Shown here in pieces: positions 22,222 to 32,047 of a stretch of DNA of 64,000 nt (positions are counted from its first letter, which is position 1; every line of letters starts with the position of its first letter). The notes under the pieces are model-generated. The model ran no database searches. It worked only from the letters and a program-made list of their open reading frames with translations, and had not been told where the DNA came from. The stretch comes from Candidatus Bathyarchaeota archaeon (GTDB taxonomy: Archaea > Thermoproteota > Bathyarchaeia > Bathyarchaeales > Bathycorpusculaceae), in assembly GCA_963739305.1 (NCBI GenBank), contig CAVTZU010000013.1:1-64000 (forward strand), written 5' to 3'. A program made the position numbers and the translations under genes.

Positions 22222-23646
22222 ATGGTCGACATACTGATCGAACACGGGACGGTCATAACAGTTGACAAAAATCGGCGAGTAATCAAAGACGGCGCAGTCG
22301 CTATTGAAAAAGACAAGATTTTGGATGTGGGCACGACAAGAGAGCTCAATCAGAAATACAAGGCGAAACAAGTCATAGACGCAACTAGAAAGGTGGTGAT
22401 GCCTGGTTTGACAGACACGCATGCTCACGCAGATATGTTGCACAAGACTGTTGCTCACCACGAACCCGTTCACGACGGCCTCACAGATCATCTTTACCGT
22501 TCTGAAAGCAAAGAAGGATGGTACTGGGGAGGCTTACTTTGTGCACTCGAAAAAATGAAGTTTGGGACCACCTGCGGAATGTCAATGATGCATCGAAGAA
22601 GCGACGACCCAGATTCTCCAAGCGCATTTGCTAAAGCAAATGCGGAAGTCGGAATCAGAGCCGTGATCACGGTCGGTCCGAGTGTCCATCCGACAAGGAC
22701 AGTTTTTCCAGACAGGACAAAAGAGGGAGTTGAACGAACCATATACTATGATGACTACTACGACATAGTTGAGGAAATAATGCGCCGATGGCATGGAAAG
22801 GCTGACGGCAGAATACACATTTGGCCTTGCCCTGGAGATGATATCTGCATATCACCGATTTTTGACAAACTGAAAGAAGATGACATTCCCGCGTTGAAGG
22901 AAAAGGCTCAGAGATGGAAGGATCTTGCCGCTAAATATCACACAGGAATACATTCGCACTCTTCGGCACCGGGCGTCATCAAGTTCGCGCATGAAAAACT
23001 GGATATTCTCGGGCCGAACGTGATCTTGGCTCACTGCGTAGGAATGTTAGATGAGGAGATTCCTATCTTAACGAAGACAGGTGCGCATGCAGCCCATTGC
23101 CCATATGCAATCAATGCGATTGGGCAGTACTGTCCTGCCCCTGAACTGATCGATGCAGGTGCCAGCGTGTCGCTTGGATCAGATGCCCCCGCCGCCACAA
23201 CGAATCCTCCGTTCGACATGTTTATGGTAATGAGAGGGGCACAATGGTTACAGATGGTGCGTTTCAAAGATCCTAATGTGATGCCGCCAGGAAAACTCAT
23301 CGAGATGGTCACGATAGATGGCGCTAGAGCCTTTGGGTTGGACAAGCAAATAGGATCAATTGAACCAGGCAAGAAGGCTGATGTAATTCTAGTAGACATG
23401 TTCAAGCCTCACCTGGTCCCGATATTCACCGAATGGGACAGGATAGTCTTTGAGGCATCGGGACACGACGTAGACACCGTTATCGTCGACGGAAAAATCT
23501 TAATGGAGCACAGGAAAGTCAAGACGGTTGATGAAGTCAAGGTGATGGAAAAGGCTCAGGAAGAAGCGGAAAAAATGGTAGAAAAAGCTGGCGCTCAGCC
23601 TTTCATGCAGATACACGAACACTTCTGGGGGCACTCAAGGTACTAG
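22222..23646 (+). CDS. Metal-dependent amidohydrolase/deaminase (SsnA/MtaD/AtzA family)
   Basis: MPGLTDTHAH, AHC, HCP, LGSD, TIDGA, GSIEPGKKAD. Confidence 0.9.
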   Translation: MVDILIEHGTVITVDKNRRVIKDGAVAIEKDKILDVGTTRELNQKYKAKQVIDATRKVVMPGLTDTHAHADMLHKTVAHHEPVHDGLTDHLYRSESKEGWYWGGLLCALEKMKFGTTCGMSMMHRRSDDPDSPSAFAKANAEVGIRAVITVGPSVHPTRTVFPDRTKEGVERTIYYDDYYDIVEEIMRRWHGKADGRIHIWPCPGDDICISPIFDKLKEDDIPALKEKAQRWKDLAAKYHTGIHSHSSAPGVIKFAHEKLDILGPNVILAHCVGMLDEEIPILTKTGAHAAHCPYAINAIGQYCPAPELIDAGASVSLGSDAPAATTNPPFDMFMVMRGAQWLQMVRFKDPNVMPPGKLIEMVTIDGARAFGLDKQIGSIEPGKKADVILVDMFKPHLVPIFTEWDRIVFEASGHDVDTVIVDGKILMEHRKVKTVDEVKVMEKAQEEAEKMVEKAGAQPFMQIHEHFWGHSRY

Positions 23647-23671
23647 TGGTGAGTATTAGGAGGTGGCCTGA

Positions 23672-23980
23672 TTGGTAAAGTATAAGACCGAGGCTTGTTT
23701 CTCATGTGGAAAATACCTCAAAGAACGTTCACCTTGCGGGACATGCGCGATAGTTCCTTCAGAAGGCGTCGTTGAATGTGTCGTATGTACCAAGATTCTC
23801 CCTGAAGGCGAAAAACAGCATTATCAGACACTGAAAAACTGGAGCGGTTCAAAGCATTGGAAGTACCTAAAGAGATATTGCATATGCTCTGATTGCTTGC
23901 AAAGAGCCAAGAACGGAGAATGGAAACTCAGGCTCAAAGCGCCCGTAACTGAAGGCGAACCGACTCCGGATTGGCGTTAG
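23672..23980 (+). CDS. Cys-rich zinc-binding protein
   Basis: Four CxxC pairs; GGAGGTG ribosome-binding site. Confidence 0.7.
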   Translation: MVKYKTEACFSCGKYLKERSPCGTCAIVPSEGVVECVVCTKILPEGEKQHYQTLKNWSGSKHWKYLKRYCICSDCLQRAKNGEWKLRLKAPVTEGEPTPDWR

Positions 23981-24208
23981 GATATACACCCAAGCAACAA
24001 TACTTGTTCTGAGTAGCTTTCTTTTTCAAGTCACTTTTCAATGCCGATCACAAGCGGAAATTCGGAATATATCATAAAAATCACATTTTCGCCTAGACCA
24101 ATAGTGACGCACTTTTTCTTGTTGCTGCTCAGCAACGGTCAACGCATTTCGAGGCTTCTGAAAAGAAAGTTTATTCTTGGACCCTTTGCAATAGTTCAGT
24201 GTCTGAAC

Positions 24209-24709
24209 ATGGATAAGCAACTCACAATTGATCTGGACAAATGCAACGGGTGCAGAATGTGCGAAATGGCATGCTCTCTTGAAAAAGAGGGAGAATGCAG
24301 CACACGTTACTCCCGAATCAGAGTCATCAAGATAAATGAAAGCTTAGATGTGCCTATCGTTTGTCTGCAATGTGAGGATCCTGTGTGCGAAAAAGTCTGC
24401 CCTGTAAAAGCGATAACAAGAAGCGATATCGGTGCACTTTGGATAAACAATGACCTGTGTAATGGATGCAAAATATGCGTCAAAGTGTGCCCATTCGGAG
24501 CCGTATTCTTCAACCCTCGACTGAAGAAAATAATCAAGTGTGACCTATGCAATGGTGATCCTTCATGCGTGAAATTTTGCCAGCCAAAGGCAATTGAGTA
24601 CGTCAGAAAGAACCAGTGGGACCCTACTGCGAAAGGAATCGCAGTCAAAAAGATGATGAAGTCTGCAAAGACGAGAAAAAATTACGAACAAGATGTTAGA
24701 TCGAGGTGA
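24209..24709 (+). CDS. 4Fe-4S multicluster ferredoxin (AOR small-subunit type)
   Basis: CNGCRMCEMAC, CLQCEDPVCEKVCP, CNGCKICVKVCP, KCDLC..CVKFC. Confidence 0.92.
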   Translation: MDKQLTIDLDKCNGCRMCEMACSLEKEGECSTRYSRIRVIKINESLDVPIVCLQCEDPVCEKVCPVKAITRSDIGALWINNDLCNGCKICVKVCPFGAVFFNPRLKKIIKCDLCNGDPSCVKFCQPKAIEYVRKNQWDPTAKGIAVKKMMKSAKTRKNYEQDVRSR

Positions 24710-24714
24710 ACGTC

Positions 24715-26652
24715 ATGAAGTACGGCTGGAGCAACAACAGGCTTTTCGTGAATCTAACGAAGCGAAAGATCCGAAAGGAACCTCTGCCCAAGCCTTTAGC
24801 CTTGAACTTCATCGGCGGAAGAGGCATCAATTCAAAAACCCTCTACGATCTAATAACGCCGGGAACCGATCCGTTGGGACCTGAAAATGCTTTGCTGTTT
24901 GGCGTCGGACCTCTGAATGGAACTCTGGTTCCTGGTTCAAGCCGATACACGGTCACAGCTCTTTCACCCTCAACAGTAGTTGGCGATGACAAACCCTGCC
25001 TTGGAGATGCTAATGCAGGCGGGTTCTTTGGCCCCGAGCTCAAGTTTGCAGGATATGACCAAATAATAGTCACCGGAGCATCCGATGCGCCCGTCTACTT
25101 GTGGATTGACGATGAAAATGTCGTCATCAAAAAAGCGGTGCACATTAAGGGTATGGACACTTGGGAGACAGATGACGTTATCAAGGAGGAGGTTAGAGAC
25201 CCAGAAATCCAAACCGCGTGTATCGGGCCTGCTGGCGAGAATTTGTGCAGGAACGCCTGTATTGTTTCAGGAGGCAGAATCTCGAAAGGCGTTGCAGGTA
25301 AATGTGGAATTGGCGCCGTGATGGGTTCTAAGAGGCTAAAGGCTGTTGCAGTTAGGGGGAGCGGATGCGTCAAAGTGGCAAAACCAGAGGAATTGCAGAA
25401 GGCGACGGCAGAAGCAATCGATATGCTCTATAGTGACACCCAGTCAAGGTTATATTCAAAATATGGTACGGCTTCCTTAGTGGATGCGCATCAATCTACT
25501 GGAAGACTGCCAACCAAAAACTATCAGGAAACGCAATTTGATCGCTACGAGCAGATAAATGCGGAAACACTTGAACAGAAATACTGGGTCAAATCCAAAG
25601 CATGCTTTGGCTGTCCACTACACTGCCGCCACTATTTCAAAGTAAACTCCGGACCCTACGAATGCGATGGAGAAGGTCCAGAGTACGTGACGCTCGGAGG
25701 CTTCGGGTCAAAATGCGGCAACTCCAACTTGGAATCGATACTGTATGCAAACACGCTCTGCAATAGACTCGGACTGGACCACCAAGGCGTCAGCAGCGCA
25801 ATTGCTTGGGCGATGGAATGCTCACAACGAGGGATTCTTGATAAACGAAGAACTGATGGGCTTTCGCTGGAATGGGGCAATCATGAAACAATAATAGAAC
25901 TCATTAAAAGAATAGCTTTCAGAAAGGGATTCGGAAATCTTTTGGCTGAAGGTGCCTACCGCGCAGCAAAAGCTTGTGGCAAGGGTTCAGAGGAATTTGT
26001 GATGCACTCAAAAGGCCAAGACCCCGCGATTACCGATCCAAGGGCAGCCAAGGCATGGGGGCTCGGATACGCGGTCTCCAGTCGAGGTGGGGACCACTTG
26101 AGAGCTCTGCCTACCGCGGAGACTTTTTTCACTCCTGAAGAAGCAGAGGAATTGTTTGGAACAAGAGACGCGGTGATGCCCAGAGGTGTAAAAGGCAAAG
26201 GAAGACTTGTCAAGTGGTGTGAAGAACAGAGAGCTGTGGCTGATTCTCTGGAAATGTGCAAGTTCGTTACAAGAACTGTGCTGATGCCGCCCAAGTGGGC
26301 AGCGAGGTTCTTCAACGCTGTCACTGGTTTGGATTTTTCGCCAGAGCAAATAATGAAGACAGGTGAGCGGATCATAAATGTTGAAAGAGCATTTAACGTA
26401 CGGCAAGGACTTGTTAGGAAAGACGACACCCTTTCAAACCGGTTTCTGAATGAGCCGGTTCCAGCTGGAGTAGCGAAAGGAGAAGTTTTGAGACTGGAAC
26501 CGATGTTGGACGAGTATTATGAAGCTCGAGGGTGGGATGTGGAAACGGGAATTCCGAGCAGGGGACGACTGAAAAGACTTGGTCTGGCAGCCATCGCAAA
26601 TGACCTCGACAGAACGAGAAATCTTCGAGAGGGAAATCTTGAGGAAAAATAG
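24715..26652 (+). CDS. aor: Tungsten aldehyde:ferredoxin oxidoreductase family protein 1
   Basis: IGGRG, GPAGENL, GAVMGSKRLKA, CFGCPLHC, GPEY, GLD, SSRGGDH, CKF, YYEARGWD. Confidence 0.92.
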   Translation: MKYGWSNNRLFVNLTKRKIRKEPLPKPLALNFIGGRGINSKTLYDLITPGTDPLGPENALLFGVGPLNGTLVPGSSRYTVTALSPSTVVGDDKPCLGDANAGGFFGPELKFAGYDQIIVTGASDAPVYLWIDDENVVIKKAVHIKGMDTWETDDVIKEEVRDPEIQTACIGPAGENLCRNACIVSGGRISKGVAGKCGIGAVMGSKRLKAVAVRGSGCVKVAKPEELQKATAEAIDMLYSDTQSRLYSKYGTASLVDAHQSTGRLPTKNYQETQFDRYEQINAETLEQKYWVKSKACFGCPLHCRHYFKVNSGPYECDGEGPEYVTLGGFGSKCGNSNLESILYANTLCNRLGLDHQGVSSAIAWAMECSQRGILDKRRTDGLSLEWGNHETIIELIKRIAFRKGFGNLLAEGAYRAAKACGKGSEEFVMHSKGQDPAITDPRAAKAWGLGYAVSSRGGDHLRALPTAETFFTPEEAEELFGTRDAVMPRGVKGKGRLVKWCEEQRAVADSLEMCKFVTRTVLMPPKWAARFFNAVTGLDFSPEQIMKTGERIINVERAFNVRQGLVRKDDTLSNRFLNEPVPAGVAKGEVLRLEPMLDEYYEARGWDVETGIPSRGRLKRLGLAAIANDLDRTRNLREGNLEEK

Positions 26653-26657
26653 TCCGC

Positions 26658-28565
26658 TTATTCTTTGTACAGTCCGAGTTCTTCTAGATTTTTGGCAACA
26701 TCTGATAATCCCAGTTTCTTGAGGGTCTCCTTCGTAGGAATTCCCGTCTTCACGTTCCAGCCATGCAGTGTATAGTACTCATCGAGCATCGCATCGTATT
26801 TCTTTCTGTCGAGGACTGCACCTTTATGTGGTCCTACTTTGTATGGTTCTTCGAATTCTCGCCACGGAGGATAATCATTCTTTCTTCTTGCGCCTTCTCT
26901 GGCTATGAAGGCCCGCTCGACGTTGTAGGCTCTTTCACCTGCTTTGAGGAGCTCGGCTCCGCTTATCTTTGTGCCTGTGGCATAAGTGAAAAGATCTGCC
27001 CATAGGTCCAAGTCTAAGAAGTGCATCGAAAGCCATGGGCTTTGAAACTTGCAAGTTTGAACCATGTCTGCCACTTCTGCGACGCTCTCATAGAATATTA
27101 CACCTGAGGCTTTGTTGTCATATGACAATGGATCAGGGTTGAAATTGTACTTGGTGGCGTCCTCAGGGCTCATGTCTCGTTCAGCATGGTAAGCGCCTCT
27201 AAGGTGGTCTGGACCTCTTGTCGAAGTTGACTGCGAGAGTGCATGCCCTACTATGGCACGTAAAGGTTCGTGCTGTTCCAAGTTTTTCATCGTCAGAACG
27301 TATTTTTCTGCTCCTCGCCCAATCCTCTGGGCAGCCCTCACTTCGCCTTCAGCCAATATGTCTCCAAAGCCTTCACGCTTCGCGATCATTTCTATGAGTC
27401 TCAGCTCCGCCTCTGTGTCACCCCATTTTAATGGAAAACCAACGTCCTTCTCAGTGATTATGCCTTTTTCATAGAGTTCCATTGCGAAGCCAATGATTCG
27501 CCCGCCTGAGTCACAGTCAAAACCATACTGGTCTGATAATTGAGACGCCTTAAGCACCGTTTGGAGGTCGGTGACGTACGGGGCTGACCCGAACGATGCA
27601 AAATGCTCATACTCTGGGCCTTCACCTATCATTCCCTTGTAAGGGCCATCTGTTATCTTGAAAACTGGCGTGCAGCACCAAGGACACGCGAAGCACCCGT
27701 GCATCTTAGTGACGTATTTGTCGAAGAAGATTTTCGGGTCCAATTTTTCCGCTTCGACGAAATACCCGTGTTGCTGATGTTTGGTAGCGGTCATTGATGC
27801 GTTGTTGTGCCTGAACCATAGTTGTCCGTAGGTTCCTCCCTGTGGCGAAAGAGCCCCAAATACATATTTCCAATCTTCAAGCCTTGCCCGGGCTATTTTT
27901 GCGCTTTCCATAAACTTCTCTGGATCAGCGATTTTTACTCCTTTGCTCCCGCTCACAGCGATGGCTTTCAGTTGCTTTGATCCCATGACAGCCCCAGTGC
28001 CTGTTCTGCCAGCAGCGTGTTTGAGTCCTGTCCTAACGTTGGCTATTCGAACGAGATTCTCTCCGGCTTGGCCTATGCATACAATTTGGACTTCTTCGTC
28101 TTTCAGTTCATCTCTAATAACCTTCTGAGTCTCCCACGTGTCCAATCCCCACAAGTTTTTTGCATCTCTGAGTTCAACATCATCGTCGGAGATGTTTAGG
28201 TAGACGGGTTTTTCTGATTTCCCGAAAACCACGATGTGATCATAGCCTGCGAATTTCAGTTCGGGTGCCCAGTGACCGCCGCAATTTCCATCTCCCAAGA
28301 AACCCAATGGCGACTTTGAAGTAACGTTAAACCTTCCAGATCCAGCGGCAATGGTTCCTGTTAGAGGACCCGTGCCGAAGATTATTCGGTTAGTAGGGTC
28401 AAAGGCATCCGTTTTTGCTTTGACCTCGTCGAAGAGGATTTTGTCGTTAATCCCTCTTCCCCCGATGAACTTGGTCCTTAGTTCTTCTGGAATTGGTTGC
28501 TTCTCGATTTTTCCTTCCGTTAGATTCACTCTGAGTATTAGTCCAGCCCAGCCGAACATAATCAT
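26658..28565 (-). CDS. aor: Tungsten aldehyde:ferredoxin oxidoreductase family protein 2
   Basis: IGGRG, GQAGENL, GAVMGSKQLKA, CFACPWCC, GPEYE, STRGPDH, CKF. Confidence 0.92.
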   Translation of the reverse strand: MIMFGWAGLILRVNLTEGKIEKQPIPEELRTKFIGGRGINDKILFDEVKAKTDAFDPTNRIIFGTGPLTGTIAAGSGRFNVTSKSPLGFLGDGNCGGHWAPELKFAGYDHIVVFGKSEKPVYLNISDDDVELRDAKNLWGLDTWETQKVIRDELKDEEVQIVCIGQAGENLVRIANVRTGLKHAAGRTGTGAVMGSKQLKAIAVSGSKGVKIADPEKFMESAKIARARLEDWKYVFGALSPQGGTYGQLWFRHNNASMTATKHQQHGYFVEAEKLDPKIFFDKYVTKMHGCFACPWCCTPVFKITDGPYKGMIGEGPEYEHFASFGSAPYVTDLQTVLKASQLSDQYGFDCDSGGRIIGFAMELYEKGIITEKDVGFPLKWGDTEAELRLIEMIAKREGFGDILAEGEVRAAQRIGRGAEKYVLTMKNLEQHEPLRAIVGHALSQSTSTRGPDHLRGAYHAERDMSPEDATKYNFNPDPLSYDNKASGVIFYESVAEVADMVQTCKFQSPWLSMHFLDLDLWADLFTYATGTKISGAELLKAGERAYNVERAFIAREGARRKNDYPPWREFEEPYKVGPHKGAVLDRKKYDAMLDEYYTLHGWNVKTGIPTKETLKKLGLSDVAKNLEELGLYKE

Positions 28566-28673
28566 AACTCTCTTTTCAGGATTGACGTACTACCATGAAT
28601 CCGCGTTAATATAAATCGATTGATCTTGGCTTGCGTCAAAGCTTGTTGAGAAAACAAAGCAGATTCGAGTGCC

Positions 28674-29585
28674 TCAGCGTGTGAAAGATGCATTGTTGGA
28701 TCCTATTTCGGTGCGTTCCATTCTCTTTGCAAGGCCGTTGGTCTTGATTGCATGGAAGCCAACGCCCATCTCTTTTGGATTGAAACCCATCGCGAATCCA
28801 ATCAGTTGGGTCAGGTACAATACTGGAATCTCGCTTCTTTTTGCGGTTCTTCGCGAGACAAGTACTTGCCCCAGATCGAGTTGGAGGAAACAGTAGGGGC
28901 AAAGGACAACGATGCATTCAGCATGTGCCGCTCCGATATCGATGATTTTTTCCTTCACGAATTCGAGGGAGATATCTTCGTTAATAGGCCGCGCAAAGGC
29001 TGCACAACATGTCATCTCGCTCGGGTATGCGACCACTTCGCCACCGATGGCATTGATAATTCTCTTGAGCGATTGAGGGTTCTTTACGTCGTCGAAATCT
29101 TCAAGTTCAGGGATGATGTGACATCCGTAGTGGACCGCGACCTTAGTATTCTTCAACGGAGACTTGACGTGTTTCTTTATTTCTTCTGGCCCTACATCTT
29201 CGTATAAGACTCTGAGGAAACTTTTCACCGATACGTTTCCTCTGAAGGTTCTTCCGATTTCCTTAAGGTTTCTGTTGACTTGTTGTTTTAACCTATTGTC
29301 CGCTTTCAATTCCTTGTTGACTTCAAACAGGGTTTCATTGCACCCGTTGCAGAGAGTTAGTATGTCAAGCCCTTTCTCCTCGGCCAGCGAAATGTTTCGT
29401 GCAGCAACGGTGTACCATGTTTCCTTGCTCATCGTCTGCATTGAAAGAGGTTCTGGGCAACAAGTCCATCCGTCGATTCGTTCCAACTCTACACCAAGTG
29501 CCTTGAGAACTTTGAGACTCGAAGCTTCGAACTGTGGAAAGCGGGACGGTATCATGCATCCTGGAAAAAAAGCGTACCGTCTCAT
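28674..29585 (-). CDS. hdrB: Heterodisulfide reductase subunit B-like protein (two CCG domains)
   Basis: FPGC, WTCCP, CNGC, HYGCH, TCC, CPYCFLQLD. Confidence 0.9.
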   Translation of the reverse strand: MRRYAFFPGCMIPSRFPQFEASSLKVLKALGVELERIDGWTCCPEPLSMQTMSKETWYTVAARNISLAEEKGLDILTLCNGCNETLFEVNKELKADNRLKQQVNRNLKEIGRTFRGNVSVKSFLRVLYEDVGPEEIKKHVKSPLKNTKVAVHYGCHIIPELEDFDDVKNPQSLKRIINAIGGEVVAYPSEMTCCAAFARPINEDISLEFVKEKIIDIGAAHAECIVVLCPYCFLQLDLGQVLVSRRTAKRSEIPVLYLTQLIGFAMGFNPKEMGVGFHAIKTNGLAKRMERTEIGSNNASFTR

Positions 29586-29875
29586 CGTTTTTCTCCGAGT
29601 CTTCTGCTTATTCCCGTTTTCTCCACGAGCCTTTTGATTTCAGTCGGATCGAAACAAGGCAGAGGCGGAAGACCCAACTGTTCCCGCCTCTTCAGCGCTA
29701 AATCTGTAACATTCACTGTGCTTCCATTATTGACCACTAGCGACGTAATTGTCCTGCAATTGTCAAAAAATCCAGAAAGAGCCACTTCTTTGAAAAGGAA
29801 CGCCTCGAATTCATATGCAAAATTGGGAGGCTTCGTGTTTTTAATGATTTTGTGAAGAATCGTTTTGTGACGCAT
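29582..29875 (-). CDS. HdrC C-terminal-like stub without Fe-S motifs
   Basis: KRREQLGLPPLP...EIKRLVEKTG resembles the HdrC C-terminus; overlaps the hdrB start (ATGA). Confidence 0.6.
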   Translation of the reverse strand: MRHKTILHKIIKNTKPPNFAYEFEAFLFKEVALSGFFDNCRTITSLVVNNGSTVNVTDLALKRREQLGLPPLPCFDPTEIKRLVEKTGISRRLGEKR

Positions 29876-29985
29876 GCCATTCGGCCACGTTAACTTGGTT
29901 TTGACTAAACCGAGTGACTCCTATTAAACGTTTGGAGAATATTTAAATAAACATGAAAACATCAACCCAAAGCAGGGTTTCAGAG

Positions 29986-30471
29986 ATGGCGAAGGTCTTG
30001 GTAATTGACCCAGAGAAATGCGCTGGCTGCAGGACATGTGAATCTGTCTGCAGTTTCTACCATGAAAAAGAGTTCAATCCTGCCAAGGCGAGAATTCACG
30101 TCTTGAAGTGGGAGTTTGCAGGTCTGGACGTACCAATGGTCTGTCAACAATGTGAAACTCCCGTGTGCGAAACGGTATGTCCAGTGAAGGCTGTTTCAAG
30201 GGACGCTAAAACCAGTGCGATGCTCATAGACTACGATGTCTGCATTGGATGCAGAATGTGTATGATGGCATGCCCCTTCGGAGGTCCATCAATAAACCCT
30301 GAGACTAGAAAGACCATAAAATGCGACCTCTGCGACGGCGATCCGCAATGCGCGAAATTCTGTCCGACCGGAACGATAGAATACAAGAACGCTACAAAAG
30401 CCTCATATAAGAAGAAGAAAGAAGCAGCGAACAAACTAGGCGATTTAATAGCGAAACTTGCAACTCCTTAG
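29986..30471 (+). CDS. 4Fe-4S multicluster ferredoxin
   Basis: CAGCRTCESVC, CQQCETPVCETVCP, CIGCRMCMMACP, CDLC..CAKFCP. Confidence 0.92.
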   Translation: MAKVLVIDPEKCAGCRTCESVCSFYHEKEFNPAKARIHVLKWEFAGLDVPMVCQQCETPVCETVCPVKAVSRDAKTSAMLIDYDVCIGCRMCMMACPFGGPSINPETRKTIKCDLCDGDPQCAKFCPTGTIEYKNATKASYKKKKEAANKLGDLIAKLATP

Positions 30472-30505
30472 TTAACAGCTTCGGCATTTCATTTTTCCTA
30501 GAGTG

Positions 30506-30823
30506 CTAGCCACCCGTAACGGGGAAAGTGAATATTACTGAGTCGCCATTCGCAAGAACAAGCTGCAGTTTTTCTTTGAACTGGTCCAAAGACCGCCCAT
30601 TAATGAGAATCAAAACATGCGGCTTTATCTCGCCTGTTTTTAAATCAAAGATCTCTTTCTTCCAGGTGATTCCGTATTTCTCAGTTAACTTGTCCAACAA
30701 ATCCTTCACGGTAGACTTTTCACGGAGCAATAAGTCCTCTTTCTTCTTTCCCGTGACCACCGAGAAATTAACGAGATACCTCACCGAGATGCTTACCACA
30801 TTTCTCAACTTGGACTGTTTCAA
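30506..30823 (-). CDS. MoaD/SAMP ubiquitin-like sulfur carrier
   Basis: ILINGR...GDSV..FPVTGG, C-terminal diglycine. Confidence 0.88.
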   Translation of the reverse strand: MKQSKLRNVVSISVRYLVNFSVVTGKKKEDLLLREKSTVKDLLDKLTEKYGITWKKEIFDLKTGEIKPHVLILINGRSLDQFKEKLQLVLANGDSVIFTFPVTGG

Positions 30824-31024
30824 AAATGGGTTTTGCCGAATAAAAAGGCTATGTTCAGCAAGAACTGACGAATTCTGATGGGGTTTGTATCCCTAAAAGG
30901 CTAGCCTACTAAGCGATCTCTCACAGATTGGCAGCCGCTCGTTTTGCAAAACAAAACTTCGACCATAAGGCTTACTTAGATGTAGACTTCAATTTTTGCT
31001 CTCAGATTTGGAGGTTCAAAAAGG

Positions 31025-31916
31025 TATGAGTATGGAGCTTGCTTTGACGTTTGCCTTGATTGCGTCTTTCTGCTATGGGACAAGCAAATTCTTGATAAAG
31101 AAAGCTAACAACGTCAATCCCCTCGTGAGCGTGCTCTACACTTTCCTTCTGGCCCCGCCCATTCTCTTAGGCTTCGCGCTGTTCAATGGAGATTTGTCCA
31201 TTTCATACACTTTTAGTCCCTTAACGATCACGTATCTGGCTTTGGCAGGTGTCTTCTACCTAGCAATAGGTCGAATCTTCGCTTACTCCAGCATCAACCT
31301 CGTTGGGGCGGCAAGGGCAAGTCAACTCACTAGTACTCAGATAATTTTCTCGTCCATACTCAGCGTCATTTTTCTGCAAGAACAAATGGATCTGAAACTG
31401 GCTGTCGGAACAGTCACAATCTTCCTTGGTCTCATTCTTATATCATTCAGTAACGCCAAATGCGAAGGCAAGGACGTTATTCCTTCCAAAAAATTTAGCA
31501 GAGGGGTCTTCTTGGGTCTCATCGCCGGAGTCTTGTGGGGAGCATCCCAACTCTTTCTCAAAGAAGGCGGTCGGGGCCTGAACTCGCCAACGATGGCTAG
31601 TCTAATATCGTATCTTTTCGCAATTTTGCTTCAGGGTTCAATCGTGCTGTTTTTTGCAAGGAGGGAATTCAAACGGGAAAAAATGCAGACTGTGTTTCTT
31701 TTTTTGGCAGGCATAGTTTCGACATTTGCTTTACTGGCCCAGTACTCGGCTTTGCGAATAGCAGATGTTGTCTGGGTGAATCCCATCATAAACACAAGTC
31801 CACTAATAACGCTGATTGCTTGCTATCTGCTGATTCAGAAAGTGGAGTCCATTAACAAGAAAGTGATCTTCGGAGCACTTGCAGTCGTGACCGGCGCTGT
31901 ACTAGTCGCTATCTAG
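31025..31916 (+). CDS. DMT/EamA family transporter
   Basis: Two 5-TM repeats, GAARAS, P.INTSPL. Confidence 0.88.
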
Positions 31917-32047
31917 TGCGCGAATTCAAAATCGGGTTCTTGTTGGAAAACGCGACATTGGACCGAGGAAGAAATATGGAGAAGATATCGAATTTTCGTA
32001 ACTCTTATTTGCATGTCCACTTGCTTACCATAGGTGTGTGAAAATCC

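Noticed and set aside
24091-24101. GCCTAGACCAA match to tRNA-Pro as a possible second att site
   Set aside because: Only 11 bp from the tRNA interior, 22 kb away with core genes and rRNA in between; likely chance
28674-29585. HdrB as evidence of methanogenesis
   Set aside because: No mcr, mtr or hdrA in the window; HdrB-like proteins are widespread in non-methanogens
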